64,000 nt of DNA from assembly GCA_965213765.1 (NCBI GenBank), contig OZ243926.1, positions 4,368,479-4,432,478 on the forward strand, written 5' to 3'. Every line of letters begins with the position of its first letter. The first letter of the stretch is position 1. This DNA is from Rhodospirillales bacterium (GTDB taxonomy: Bacteria > Pseudomonadota > Alphaproteobacteria > Rhodospirillales > UBA2165). Shown in pieces: positions 8,094 to 17,046 of this stretch. The position numbers were made by a program, and so were the translations under genes. The notes beneath the pieces were generated by a model that was given only the letters and a program-made list of their open reading frames with translations, searched no databases and was not told where the DNA came from.

Positions 8094-9158
8094 CTACGCG
8101 TTGCCGCGTTTCTCCCGCCACAGACCGAGTTTGGTCTGCACCACCTTGTCGGTGCCCTGGAAGAGGTATGTGTCCTCGTCGGCTTCAAGCCGGTAGGGAT
8201 ACCAGCACGGCACGCAGAACACGTCCTTGGGCCGGAACTCGATGGTGGTTTCGGTTCCACCGGTATCGACGACGGCCCGCCCGCCGCCCTCGAGGCAGGT
8301 GAAGATGCAGCCCTCGGTGGTTTGGTAGCGCTCACCCTTGAAGGCCTTGGGCAGGCGCTGGAGGAAGGTCGAGATGGACGACATGGCGGCGCCCCCCGTC
8401 GTCGGATCGATGAACTCCATCTTCAGCCCGTGATAGGGGTCGAGGTCGGTGGTCTTGGCGAGCTTCTCCATGGCTTCCCTGGACCGGGCGTAGGGATAGG
8501 AAAAGATCGGCGAGGCCATCCGGTCGGGCGCCAGTCCCTCTGCCGGAACCATATTGGAGCCGTACCGCACGAGGCTGTCTCCTTCCGGCGGGCCGGCCGG
8601 GAACTGATCCTCCGGATAGGGATCGTGGAAGATGGCACCGATGCTGCGCACCAGGGGCAGGTCCAGGATGTCCTGCCAAATCACCGGCTCGTCGCCCTCG
8701 TTGCCGTGGTCGTGCCAGCACCAATTCGGGGTGATGATGTAGTCCCCGTATTCCATAAAGGTCTTTTCACCGTTGACGGACGTGTAGCCGCCGGACCCTT
8801 CGAGGATCAGGCGCAGGGCATTGGGCGTATGCCGATGGGCAGGCGCCACTTCGCCGGGGAGGATCATTTGTATGCCCGTGAACAAGGTCTCCGTCGCCTT
8901 GGCCTCGCCGGCGTAGGCCGGATTTTCCAGCATCAGCACGCGGCGCTCGGCCTCTTTGGCGGTAATCAGGTCGCCGGCCCGCAGTATTTTGTTGCGAATG
9001 CCGTCCCACTTCCAGATATGAGGAATTCCTTTGACCTGAGGTTCCGGAGTCAGGACGCCGTGATATTGCTCCCATAAAGGCGTGATGCCGAGGCTCTTGA
9101 TATCCTCATTGAAAGCTTGGCGTTCCGAGGCGGTGTCTGCGGTATCGGGCGGTGCCAT
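8094..9158 (-). CDS. gentisate 1,2-dioxygenase (bicupin)
   Basis: Start taken at MAPPDTADT; the upstream ORF extension is not protein-like. LWEQY, PGEVAPAHRHTPNALRLILEGSGGYTSVNGE and TPNWCWHDHGNEG are typical of the cupin metal site. About 354 aa. Confidence 0.8.
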   Translation of the reverse strand: MAPPDTADTASERQAFNEDIKSLGITPLWEQYHGVLTPEPQVKGIPHIWKWDGIRNKILRAGDLITAKEAERRVLMLENPAYAGEAKATETLFTGIQMILPGEVAPAHRHTPNALRLILEGSGGYTSVNGEKTFMEYGDYIITPNWCWHDHGNEGDEPVIWQDILDLPLVRSIGAIFHDPYPEDQFPAGPPEGDSLVRYGSNMVPAEGLAPDRMASPIFSYPYARSREAMEKLAKTTDLDPYHGLKMEFIDPTTGGAAMSSISTFLQRLPKAFKGERYQTTEGCIFTCLEGGGRAVVDTGGTETTIEFRPKDVFCVPCWYPYRLEADEDTYLFQGTDKVVQTKLGLWREKRGNA

Positions 9159-9522
9159 GTGGCCATCCTCGAGAATTGCTTGATTTCGGTAATCGTGCGC
9201 CCTGCGGACCCGTCGATCAAGGGGGGAGACGGGTCTGTCCGATAAATCGATGTCCCTCCAGAGCGGTCTCCGGCCAAATTGAACCGTTTGACCGGGATTA
9301 ATTCGCGTCGTGGCCAGGCGCGCTGCGAACGGCGATGCCGGCCCATCGGTGGAGTGGCGCAACTCCGCCACGACGCGAAGGAACCCGGCCTTCGGTGGCG
9401 CTCCTCGGTCCTCCGGGTGCGTTGCGGGCCTCGTCCGATGCGTAGACATCGCCCTTCGGCCCGCGCCTGCCCGGCTAACCGATGAGCGCCATCAAATTGA
9501 TTCAATTTGGCCGGAAACTGCT

Positions 9523-9837
9523 CTAATGGCCGCTGATCTTGGCGTGCAGCGGTTTCGTGTCCTCGAATTTCCGCTTCTGCTCGCCGCTTGCCTCGGACTG
9601 GTGTTTTTCCTTCCACTCGGGGAACGGCATGCCGTAGACGATTTCCCGGGCGCGATCGTAGTCCATCTCCACATCCCGCGCCTCGGCGGCCGCCACATAC
9701 CACTTGGCGAGGCAGTTGCGGCAAAAGCCCGCCAGCCCCATCAAATCGATATTTTGCACGTCAGTGCGGTTTTGCAGATGCTCGACGAGGCCGCGAAATG
9801 CGGCTGCTTCGAGCTCGATTCGGGTCCGGTCGTCCAT
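9523..9837 (-). CDS. DUF1244 domain protein
   Basis: MDDRTRIELEAAAFRGLVEHLQNRTDVQNIDLMGLAGFCRNCLAKWY matches the DUF1244 signature. GGAGGAG lies 9 nt upstream of the ATG at 9837. Confidence 0.75.
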   Translation of the reverse strand: MDDRTRIELEAAAFRGLVEHLQNRTDVQNIDLMGLAGFCRNCLAKWYVAAAEARDVEMDYDRAREIVYGMPFPEWKEKHQSEASGEQKRKFEDTKPLHAKISGH

Positions 9838-10302
9838 GATCAAATTCTCCTCCGGCGTCAGGCCTAGCCCGTAAATATGCCTAATTCCCGGCATATGCAA
9901 TTGCCGGCGATGATGACCCGAACCCGGGAATAAACGTGAATATCCACGGGGGGCGGTGAAGGGAATTCGATTGGAAAAAGCGCTGAATCTCAGCCAACAG
10001 CGCCGGAGCGCCGCCTCGGTCGCGGTTGGGACACGCTCTCCGGAAGAACATACCGGAACGGGGAAATCGGTGGGTTGCCGCCATGGTTCGCTCTCAAGGC
10101 TGAGATTCCGGCCGGTCCGGATATCGTCGACGGGGTTCGTAGGATGGCGGCCGGTACCGCGGCGAAACTCCCGTCGGCGCAGACCGGTTGTATCCGGGTT
10201 TCAGCCACATAGCCTCCAACTTCCCGCGATTGCAAAGGCCGGAACGGGGCCTTAGGCTCGACGCCGAAAGCGGCAACTGACGCGATTGGGTTGGGATCTC
10301 AT

Positions 10303-11322
10303 ATGCGGTTCGGATTATTCGGCGGCGCCGTGGCAAAGCGCGGCGACGAAACAGCAGACAGCCAGGGCTACCGAAAATTCATCGATCTCGTCGTCGAGGC
10401 GGAAAGCTTGGGCTTTCACAGCATCTTTCTCGTCGAACACCATTTTTCCGGCTCCGGTCAGGTTTCTTCATCCCTGAACCTGCTGTCCTATCTCGCCGCC
10501 AAGACCAGCACCATTCGTCTCGGCACGGCGGTTACGGTGCTTCCGTGGCACAACCCGGTGCTGATCGCGGAGCAGGCGGCGACGGTCGATCTGCTGTCCG
10601 GCGGCCGGTTGGATTTTGGTGTCGGGAAAGGTTACCGCGACATTGAGTTCGAGGGGTTCTGCATCCCTAAGGAAGAGGGACTGCCGCGCTACGAGGAGTC
10701 CGTCGACCTGATCCGGAAATCGTGGCTGTCCGATGAACGCTTCGACCATGACGGCCGGTTCTGGAGCCTCCGGAATATCGTCGTCGAGCCGCCGGTCGTC
10801 CAGAAACCCCACCCGCCGCTGTGGTCGGCTGCCGGCACCGACGAATCCATCGCCCGGGTGGCCAAATCAGGGTTCAATATTCTGCTCGATCATTTCGCCA
10901 CCGATGCCCGAACCCGGGAGCGCCTGAAAGTATGGCAGGACACCTGCGCCGAGATCGGCCGGCCCTTACTGGCTGATGAGTTGGCCGTCGCCCGGGGACT
11001 GGCGATTACCCGGACGGAAGAAGAATACGAAGAAGCGATTCGGGCACGTGTCGAGCGCAGTGCCAGAATGGCCGAAGATTACGGCGCCCTGCCGGGACTG
11101 CGCCGTGACGCGCAGCCGGAAACATTCGCGGTTCAGGATATGAGCAATCCGGACGGCGCGCTGATCGGCACACCCGAACGCATTATCGAGCGGCTTCAAC
11201 GGCTCCAATCGTGGGGCGTGGAGTATGTTCTGATCCTGTTGCCCGGCCGCGTCGAAATATTGCGGGAGTTTTCGCGCGAAATCATGCCGGCGTTCGAAGC
11301 CCAAGCAGACGCCGCGCAGTAG
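10303..11322 (+). CDS. LLM-class (luciferase-like) flavin-dependent oxidoreductase
   Basis: MRFGLFGG...GFHSIFLVEHHF...TIRLGTAVTVLPWHNPVLIAEQAATVDLLSGGRLDFGVGKGY is the canonical LLM pattern. Confidence 0.85.
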   Translation: MRFGLFGGAVAKRGDETADSQGYRKFIDLVVEAESLGFHSIFLVEHHFSGSGQVSSSLNLLSYLAAKTSTIRLGTAVTVLPWHNPVLIAEQAATVDLLSGGRLDFGVGKGYRDIEFEGFCIPKEEGLPRYEESVDLIRKSWLSDERFDHDGRFWSLRNIVVEPPVVQKPHPPLWSAAGTDESIARVAKSGFNILLDHFATDARTRERLKVWQDTCAEIGRPLLADELAVARGLAITRTEEEYEEAIRARVERSARMAEDYGALPGLRRDAQPETFAVQDMSNPDGALIGTPERIIERLQRLQSWGVEYVLILLPGRVEILREFSREIMPAFEAQADAAQ

Positions 11323-11326
11323 CCGA

Positions 11327-11557
11327 ATGACCCGCCGCCTGGAGAGGCTCGATTACGAGCAAATGACGCCCGGCCGGAAACGGGTACACGACAATATCGC
11401 CTCGGGCCTGCGGGACCGTCTCGGCGGACCGTTCAATATTTTGCCGCGCAGTCCGGAACTCGCCGATCGAACCCAGGATTTGGGCGCCTTCCGCCGTTAC
11501 GGCAGCGAACCCTTGCCGTCCCGCTGGACGGCCATAGCGCCGGGAGAAACCAGATGA
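11327..11557 (+). pseudogene. truncated carboxymuconolactone decarboxylase (CMD/AhpD-like) family fragment
   Basis: The 76-aa MTRRLERLDYEQMTPGRKRVHDNI...RLGGPFNILPRSPELADRTQDLGAFRRYGSEPLPSR parallels the N-terminus of the CMD gene at 63764. It stops where the core helices should begin. Its stop overlaps the qor ATG as ATGA. Confidence 0.5.
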
Positions 11558-12537
11558 AGACCCATGCCTTTCGTGTTCACAAGCCCGGGCCGCCGACGGC
11601 AATGAAGTGGGAAGAGGTGGAACTGCCGAAACCCAAAGCGGGGCAGGCGATCGTCCGCCACACCGCCGTCGGCTTCAATATGGTGGACACGTATATACGG
11701 AGCGGCCTCTATCCGCCGCGCGGGTCCATGCCGATGGGCATCGGTATCGAGGGGGCGGGCGTGGTGGAGGCGGTCGGTCGCGGCGTCAAGCGGGTGAAAG
11801 TCGGCGACCGGGTCGCCTATGCCACGGGTATGCCGGGTAGCTACTCGACGGCGCGGCTCATCGAGGCGGTTCATTTGACCAAGCTGCCCGGGTGGATCGA
11901 CGATGAGACCGCGGCGGCGATGCTGTCGAAGGGCCGTACCGTCGAATATCTGTTCAACCGAACCCGTAAGCTCAAGAAGGGCGACATCATCCTATTTCAC
12001 GCGGCCGCCGGCGGGGTCGGCCTGATCGCCTGCCAGTGGGCGAAGGCAGTGGGCGCGACGTTGATCGGGACCGCGGGGACCGACGCCAAGTGCCGGTTGG
12101 CCAAACGCCATGGTGCGGCGCACGTGATCAATTATACAAAGAAGGACTTCGTCAAAGAGGTCATGCGCCTGACCAAAGGCGAGGGGGCCGACGTGGTTTA
12201 CGATTCGGTTGGCAAGACCACATGGGCCGGTTCCATCGAATGCACGAAGGTCCTCGGGCTGGCGGTCAGCTTTGGCGCCGCATCGGGACCGCCGCCGCTC
12301 CTCAATCTGCTCAAGGAAGGTCACGCCAAGTCACCCTTCATTCACCGGGCGACCACGGTCAACTACATGACGTCGCCCGAAATCGCCGATGCAAGTGCCC
12401 GTTCGGTGATCCGCATGATCAAGAACGGCAAGGTCAAGATTACCATCGACCACCGATACAAACTGCGCGAGGCGCCCAAGGTTCACCGGGACGCGGCAGC
12501 CCGTAAAACCACCGGTCAGGTGATCATGTTGCCGTGA
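11554..12537 (+). CDS. qor: NADPH:quinone oxidoreductase (zeta-crystallin-type MDR)
   Basis: 327 aa with VGFNMVDTYIRSGLYP, GIEGAGVVEAVG, HAAAGGVGLIACQWAKAVGA and GKTTGQVIM at the C-terminus. Confidence 0.85.
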   Translation: MKTHAFRVHKPGPPTAMKWEEVELPKPKAGQAIVRHTAVGFNMVDTYIRSGLYPPRGSMPMGIGIEGAGVVEAVGRGVKRVKVGDRVAYATGMPGSYSTARLIEAVHLTKLPGWIDDETAAAMLSKGRTVEYLFNRTRKLKKGDIILFHAAAGGVGLIACQWAKAVGATLIGTAGTDAKCRLAKRHGAAHVINYTKKDFVKEVMRLTKGEGADVVYDSVGKTTWAGSIECTKVLGLAVSFGAASGPPPLLNLLKEGHAKSPFIHRATTVNYMTSPEIADASARSVIRMIKNGKVKITIDHRYKLREAPKVHRDAAARKTTGQVIMLP

Positions 12538-12693
12538 GGTCAAATACGGCCAATCACCCCACATCTTGTGGATAACGTCGTTTTGTACCCTATCCATTGT
12601 CCATATATTGTCTGTGTTAGCTCTTCCCCGACCGCTGACAGGGCGGTCTCCGCCGGCAACGGGGGGAAGTTACGATGGCGTTCGTTGCGCTGA

Positions 12694-13437
12694 TCAGGCA
12701 GGCGCGGTCACTTCGGTCTGCGCCAAACATGACAACGCCCGGTCGACGATCAGGTCGGCCATGATCGGTGCCGTCCCCAGTGGCGGACACAGGTACAATT
12801 GCCGCTCACCGGGCGCGCCAAGCCGGGCAGGGATGTCTTCGGCTCCATGAAACCCCGCGGCGAACAGATTGGGGAGCACGACCACATGGGGCCAGCCGGT
12901 GAATTCCCGCCAATCCTCGATCAGCGGATCGATCTCCAGAAACGCCGCCGTGCAGGAAGCGGCGCCGGTTTCGGCGAGAACGAATTCGGCCAGGCGGGCG
13001 GTCGACGTTTCCGACCGATTGTCGCGCCCGGTGCCGTGGCCCACGACGACGATATCGGTCCTGCCGAGATCGATGCCGGCGTTCCGTGCCTCGGTGAGAA
13101 CAAGGTCCGCCGCGACCGCCGGAATATCCGGGTGGGAGCCGATTGCTTTGGTCAGGGTGGTTCCGTCCTCATTGCCCAGCTCGTCCGGCAGGACTTCGCC
13201 GACGATGTAGCCGTCGGCCGCGAAATGAGGCACGACAACGACGGACCGGTCGCCGATTTGGCCGAGGACGGATTTGGCGAACGGTTCCTGCCGCAGGAAA
13301 CCGGAACGGACGTCGGCGAAAATCCCCCGTGACGCGATGTCCCGCGCATGTGAAGTCACCGCGTCGGCGGCCGTGGGCGCATCCGCGGCGCCGTGTCCGA
13401 CTACCAACAGGACCGTATCCTCAGGGCTAGCCCGCAT
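12694..13437 (-). CDS. cbiX: CbiX/SirB-type (two-domain) sirohydrochlorin chelatase
   Basis: LLVVGHGAAD...VVVVPHFAADGY in the first half and IVVVGHGTGRD...VVLPNLFAAGFH in the second. The annotated ATG (13435-13437) lies inside the MITE terminal repeat. Confidence 0.75.
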   Translation of the reverse strand: MRASPEDTVLLVVGHGAADAPTAADAVTSHARDIASRGIFADVRSGFLRQEPFAKSVLGQIGDRSVVVVPHFAADGYIVGEVLPDELGNEDGTTLTKAIGSHPDIPAVAADLVLTEARNAGIDLGRTDIVVVGHGTGRDNRSETSTARLAEFVLAETGAASCTAAFLEIDPLIEDWREFTGWPHVVVLPNLFAAGFHGAEDIPARLGAPGERQLYLCPPLGTAPIMADLIVDRALSCLAQTEVTAPA

Positions 13438-13694
13438 TTCTCACCAGGGTCATGGTCTGCGCGGCGCTGTCTGGTCGGCGGAGCAGGAGAGGCGCGCCGC
13501 GCGATGCGGTGACATCGGGCAAGCGCCTCGACGCACGCTGTCGACCAGAGAGCGCCGCCCTTCGGGTCGCGCCCCGGCGCCCGCCCGCAGCGTCGCGGCC
13601 CTCAACCGTAGTCGCCGCTACGCTTTTCGGGCCGCTCCTGGCGGCTCGACCGCCTGGACGCGACGCAGGCCGTGACCCTGGTGAGAAATGCGGG
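13431..13694. mobile_element. 264-bp MITE-like element, copy 2, flanked by CTAG/CTAG
   Basis: Same length and roughly 95 percent identical by eye to 6429-6692. Termini are CCCGCATTTCTCACCAGGGTCATGG and CCGTGACCCTGGTGAGAAATGCGGG. It is inserted between the cobA stop and the cbiX start. Confidence 0.85.
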
Positions 13695-14480
13695 CTAGCC
13701 ATGGGCCTGATGATCGCCGGAGCGCGCCGGCTCGAACCAGGCGAGTGTCTCGCCAAGCGACGCCACCTCGCCGATGATGACCAAGGTAGGGGCGGTGAGG
13801 CCTGCGTCGCCGACCCGCTCGGCGAGCGTTCCGAGAGTGCCGTGCACAACGCGCTGGTCCGGCGTCGAGCCGCGGTAGACGGCGGCGGCGGGCCGGTCGC
13901 TTTCGGCTCCCGCGTCCATCAGTTCCTGGGCGATCAATCCGAGATTGGCGAGGCCCATATAGACGACCAGCGTCGTCTCGCCGTCCGCCAAACTCGGCCA
14001 ATCGAAGTCGAGCGCCTGATTGTCCCGGCGGTGGCCGGTGATAACCCGAACGCTCTTGGCCAGCCCCCGGTGGGTCAGCGGAATTCCGGAATAGGCGGCG
14101 CAGGCGATCGCCGCGGTCACGCCCGGCACCACTTCGAACGGGATGCCGTTCTCCACCAGATGCACCGCTTCCTCCGAGCCGCGTCCAAAGACGAATGGAT
14201 CACCGCCCTTCAGCCGGACCACGCTCCGTCCTTCGCGGGCCAGGCGGACCAGCATGTCGTTGATCTCCTCTTGCGGCACTCCCTGTCGGCGGCTCGCCTT
14301 ACCGGCAAAAATGCGGGTTGCGCCGGTCGGGACAAGGTCCAGAACCTCATCCGAAACGAGCCGGTCGTAGACCACGACCTCGGCCGTTTGGAGCAGGCGC
14401 AATGCCTTGACCGTCAGAAGGTCCGGATCGCCGGGCCCGGCGCCGACCAGATACACGGTATGGGGTGTGCTCGCGGACAT
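13695..14480 (-). CDS. cobA: uroporphyrinogen-III C-methyltransferase (SUMT)
   Basis: VYLVGAGPGDPDLLTVKA, VVRLKGGDPFVFGRGSEE and VPGVTAAIACAAYSGIPLTHR. The stop TAG (13695-13697) lies in the CTAG duplicated by the MITE. Confidence 0.9.
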   Translation of the reverse strand: MSASTPHTVYLVGAGPGDPDLLTVKALRLLQTAEVVVYDRLVSDEVLDLVPTGATRIFAGKASRRQGVPQEEINDMLVRLAREGRSVVRLKGGDPFVFGRGSEEAVHLVENGIPFEVVPGVTAAIACAAYSGIPLTHRGLAKSVRVITGHRRDNQALDFDWPSLADGETTLVVYMGLANLGLIAQELMDAGAESDRPAAAVYRGSTPDQRVVHGTLGTLAERVGDAGLTAPTLVIIGEVASLGETLAWFEPARSGDHQAHG

Positions 14481-14489
14481 GGCCGCACC

Positions 14490-15071
14490 CTATTGGGCAA
14501 GCGCCCGCTCGACAAGCTCCCGCGCGCCGTCGCTCAGTTCGAGCGCGAGCGCCGCCTCGTGTCCCCGCGGACTCATCTTCCCCCAGGTCTTGCGGAGAAT
14601 ATCGACGATTTTCTCCGGATCGTGCCTGGCCGAGAAGCCGGACAGGTAATTCTCCAGGAACACGACGCAAATGGTGTCCTCCAAGAGCTGGGTATCGGGA
14701 TCGGACCGGAGGTTCTTCTTCCGCAGCATTGCCCGGACCTTCTCGATCTCGGTCTCGGCGTAGCCGCAGGCCGCCATGATTTCTCCCACCCGGTCCCCAT
14801 GAAACCGCCCGAGGTCGGTGCGCCAATGATGATAGCCCTTCTTGCCTTCCGGGTAACGGTCACGAGGCACCGTCCAACGTTCGATGTGCTGTGCGCGGGC
14901 AGCAATTCGAACGAGATCCGAGGCCTCGGGCGCCAGTCGTTCGAGACAGGCGGACATTCGGCGGCCATAGACCAGTTCCTTCGGCTGCTTTTCGCCGTCG
15001 ACGGTCTCCAGATTCGGATCCCGCGCATTGGCGGCGTCGATCATCTCGATGGCCTGCTCGACGTTTCCCAT
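14490..15071 (-). CDS. DUF4202 domain protein
   Basis: IDAANARDPN, RIAARAQHIERW, GYHHWRTDL, LEDTICVVFLENY and ILRKTWGKMSPRGHEAAL match my recollection of the DUF4202 family. Confidence 0.75.
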   Translation of the reverse strand: MGNVEQAIEMIDAANARDPNLETVDGEKQPKELVYGRRMSACLERLAPEASDLVRIAARAQHIERWTVPRDRYPEGKKGYHHWRTDLGRFHGDRVGEIMAACGYAETEIEKVRAMLRKKNLRSDPDTQLLEDTICVVFLENYLSGFSARHDPEKIVDILRKTWGKMSPRGHEAALALELSDGARELVERALAQ

Positions 15072-15274
15072 TGAACTCTCCCGCGCGGCATCTTAGCGCC
15101 GGCACGGCGTTCACGCACGCCGCGGACGTTTATCGGACTGTAAGACATCCCGGATAGGATCATGTTGTGGCGGCATTTACGATTTCCCGGCGGCATCGGA
15201 CGAAACCCTCGCTGATCCGGAATGCGCAATTGCGGCCGGGTTCCGGTCTTTCGAGGGCCTTGCGGCGGAGCGGC

Positions 15275-15303
15275 AAAAAAAAAGGGCCGCCTCCCGGCGG
15301 CCC
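15275..15303 (-). terminator. rho-independent terminator of the ABC substrate-binding protein gene
   Basis: The minus strand reads GGGCCGCC-GGGA-GGCGGCCC followed by T9. It lies 22 nt downstream of the stop at 15325. Confidence 0.75.
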
Positions 15304-15324
15304 AATAAACGCCCAACCGAGCGG

Positions 15325-16878
15325 TTAGTTCCACTCAATCAGATTGAACAGGAAACCTTCGGGCTTACGGTGACAACAGGTCGGTAGCTTGACCTCCTTG
15401 GTATGCGCCACCGCGGAGGCGATCGGTACGATTGGCATGGAGTAGCGCTCCTCGGTGACCCGGTCGAACAGCTTCTGATAAATGGCCTCGCGCTTGGAGA
15501 GGTCCAGTTCGGTCTGGCCCTGCTTGTGCCACGCCGCCAACTGCTTGTCGCCGTTGTAATTCCGCGAGCCCGGCAAATAGAAGAAGCCCGAGGTGGAGAC
15601 CACGTCGGCCTGACCGCCGCCGTTATCCCACAGGCTGACGAAGGCCTGAACCTTGCCCTGGGCGCGCTTCTTCACGAAACCGCCGATCGCGTTGTTGTCC
15701 ACCGTCGCCTTGATCCCCAGCTTACGCAGTTGGCCGGCAACCGCCTCGGCGGTTGGGCGCGACGGACCCCACGTTGTGAGCGCCAGCGAGAAGTCGGGGT
15801 CGACGCCCGCTTCCTTGAGCAGGGCCTTCGCCCGTTTGGGATCGTAAACCGGCGGCGACTTGGTAGCCTTACAGCCGGTATGCCATTCGTGACACATGGA
15901 GATTTGCAGCGGATCGCTGGCGACCGGTTCCGGTACCAGCGCCTTGGCCAGCCCTCGGCGGTCGATGGCATGCATCAATGCTTCGCGCACCCGCTTATCC
16001 TTGAAGATGCCGATCTTCGACCGGTCGGCGGCATCCACCATGAAATAGATGAACTGGACGGTGCGCCCGACGGTGACCTGCAGGTTCGGCATCTTGGCGA
16101 GGTTCACGGCCTGATCCTTGGTGATTTGGTAGACCATGTCCTGCTCACCGGCGATCAGCCGGGCGATCTGGGTCTGTTTGCTGGCGATGGTCTTGATTTC
16201 GACGCGGCCGATTTTCGCCGGTGATTTCGAGCCCTTCGCGGCGAGCTTGAAATTCGGGTTTTTTTCCAGCAACACGCCGGCGGTCGCATCGACCTTTGTG
16301 GCCATGTACGGGCCCGTCCCGATGGGCTTCAGACCAAACTTGCTGCGATCCTCAAGCTTGCTGTGAACGGCTTTGGGGAAGATCGGCAGCGACATTATGC
16401 GCGATTCGAACGGCGCATATGACGCCTTGGTGGAAATCCGCACCGTGTGATCATCCACTTTTACCGCCTTGCTATAGACCCCATAGCGGGTGCCCTTGAA
16501 TCGGAAGTTAACCTTGGGGTCCTTGACGAAGTCGAAGGTGTACACCACGTCGTCGGCGGTCACCGGCATGCCGTTGTGAAATTTGACGCCCTTGCGGAGC
16601 TTGTACTCGATGGTCAGGGGATCGACCCGGGTATACGACTCGGCCAACAGCGGCACCACCTTGCGCGCCTCGACGTCGTAGTAGACCAGCGTGTCGAAGA
16701 CCATCCGGTCCATCAGGTTGGTCTGCGGGTTCGGGTCGAACACGGCGTCGATCACCCGAATGGGCTGCGCCACCCCGACCCTCAGCGTGTCCTTGGACTT
16801 TTGCGCCGCGGCGGGATCGGCGACCGTCGCGAGAAGTACCGCCGCCCCTGCGGACAATGCGTAACGTGCGAATTTCAT
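15325..16878 (-). CDS. ABC transporter substrate-binding protein, family 5 (peptide/nickel/opine type)
   Basis: Start taken at MKFARYALSAGAAVLLATVADPAAAQ (signal peptide), with GGAGG upstream. LRVGV, FDTLVYYD, KFHNG and overall SBP_bac_5 architecture. Confidence 0.85.
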   Translation of the reverse strand: MKFARYALSAGAAVLLATVADPAAAQKSKDTLRVGVAQPIRVIDAVFDPNPQTNLMDRMVFDTLVYYDVEARKVVPLLAESYTRVDPLTIEYKLRKGVKFHNGMPVTADDVVYTFDFVKDPKVNFRFKGTRYGVYSKAVKVDDHTVRISTKASYAPFESRIMSLPIFPKAVHSKLEDRSKFGLKPIGTGPYMATKVDATAGVLLEKNPNFKLAAKGSKSPAKIGRVEIKTIASKQTQIARLIAGEQDMVYQITKDQAVNLAKMPNLQVTVGRTVQFIYFMVDAADRSKIGIFKDKRVREALMHAIDRRGLAKALVPEPVASDPLQISMCHEWHTGCKATKSPPVYDPKRAKALLKEAGVDPDFSLALTTWGPSRPTAEAVAGQLRKLGIKATVDNNAIGGFVKKRAQGKVQAFVSLWDNGGGQADVVSTSGFFYLPGSRNYNGDKQLAAWHKQGQTELDLSKREAIYQKLFDRVTEERYSMPIVPIASAVAHTKEVKLPTCCHRKPEGFLFNLIEWN

Positions 16879-17046
16879 TTTCGAATTCCTCCCAGTTCTA
16901 CGTCTTGGCAAGACTATTTTTAGCCTGCCCGCTATTATCCTAACGATGGGATATTAACGGACACGGTGTCGGTTGGGTAGATGCAATTGCAACGATCCCC
17001 GCAAAAGCGCTACTCTCGTTGAAATTCCGCATCGGAGGGACCGGAA

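Noticed and set aside
8094-9449. The long N-terminal extensions of several track ORFs could be taken as true starts. Examples are gentisate dioxygenase to 9449, sulfatase to 6340, sat to 25109, the ThDP enzyme to 26044 and the LLM gene to 23878.
   Set aside because: The extensions are Arg/Pro/Gly-rich and non-homologous. Internal starts with SD-like sequences give lengths typical of each family.
10040-10140. The segment ACGGGG...AGGCTGAGA...CCGGATA loosely resembles a TPP (THI-box) riboswitch core.
   Set aside because: The ACCC pairing partner and the conserved 3' GCG-AGGGA segment are missing. Neither flanking gene is thiamine-related. The resemblance is too weak without a covariance-model score.
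12567-12575. A perfect DnaA-box consensus (TGTGGATAA, i.e. TTATCCACA on the other strand) lies in an AT-richer convergent intergenic region.
   Set aside because: It is a single box with no cluster, no AT-rich unwinding element and no replication genes nearby. One chance 9-mer match is not evidence for an origin.
13452-15074. A 540-aa plus-strand ORF starts inside the MITE and runs antisense through cobA and DUF4202. A similar one is at 6450-6794.
   Set aside because: The shared N-terminus (MVCAA.SGRRSRRGAPRD...) is simply the translated MITE. The remainder is antisense shadow of well-supported genes.
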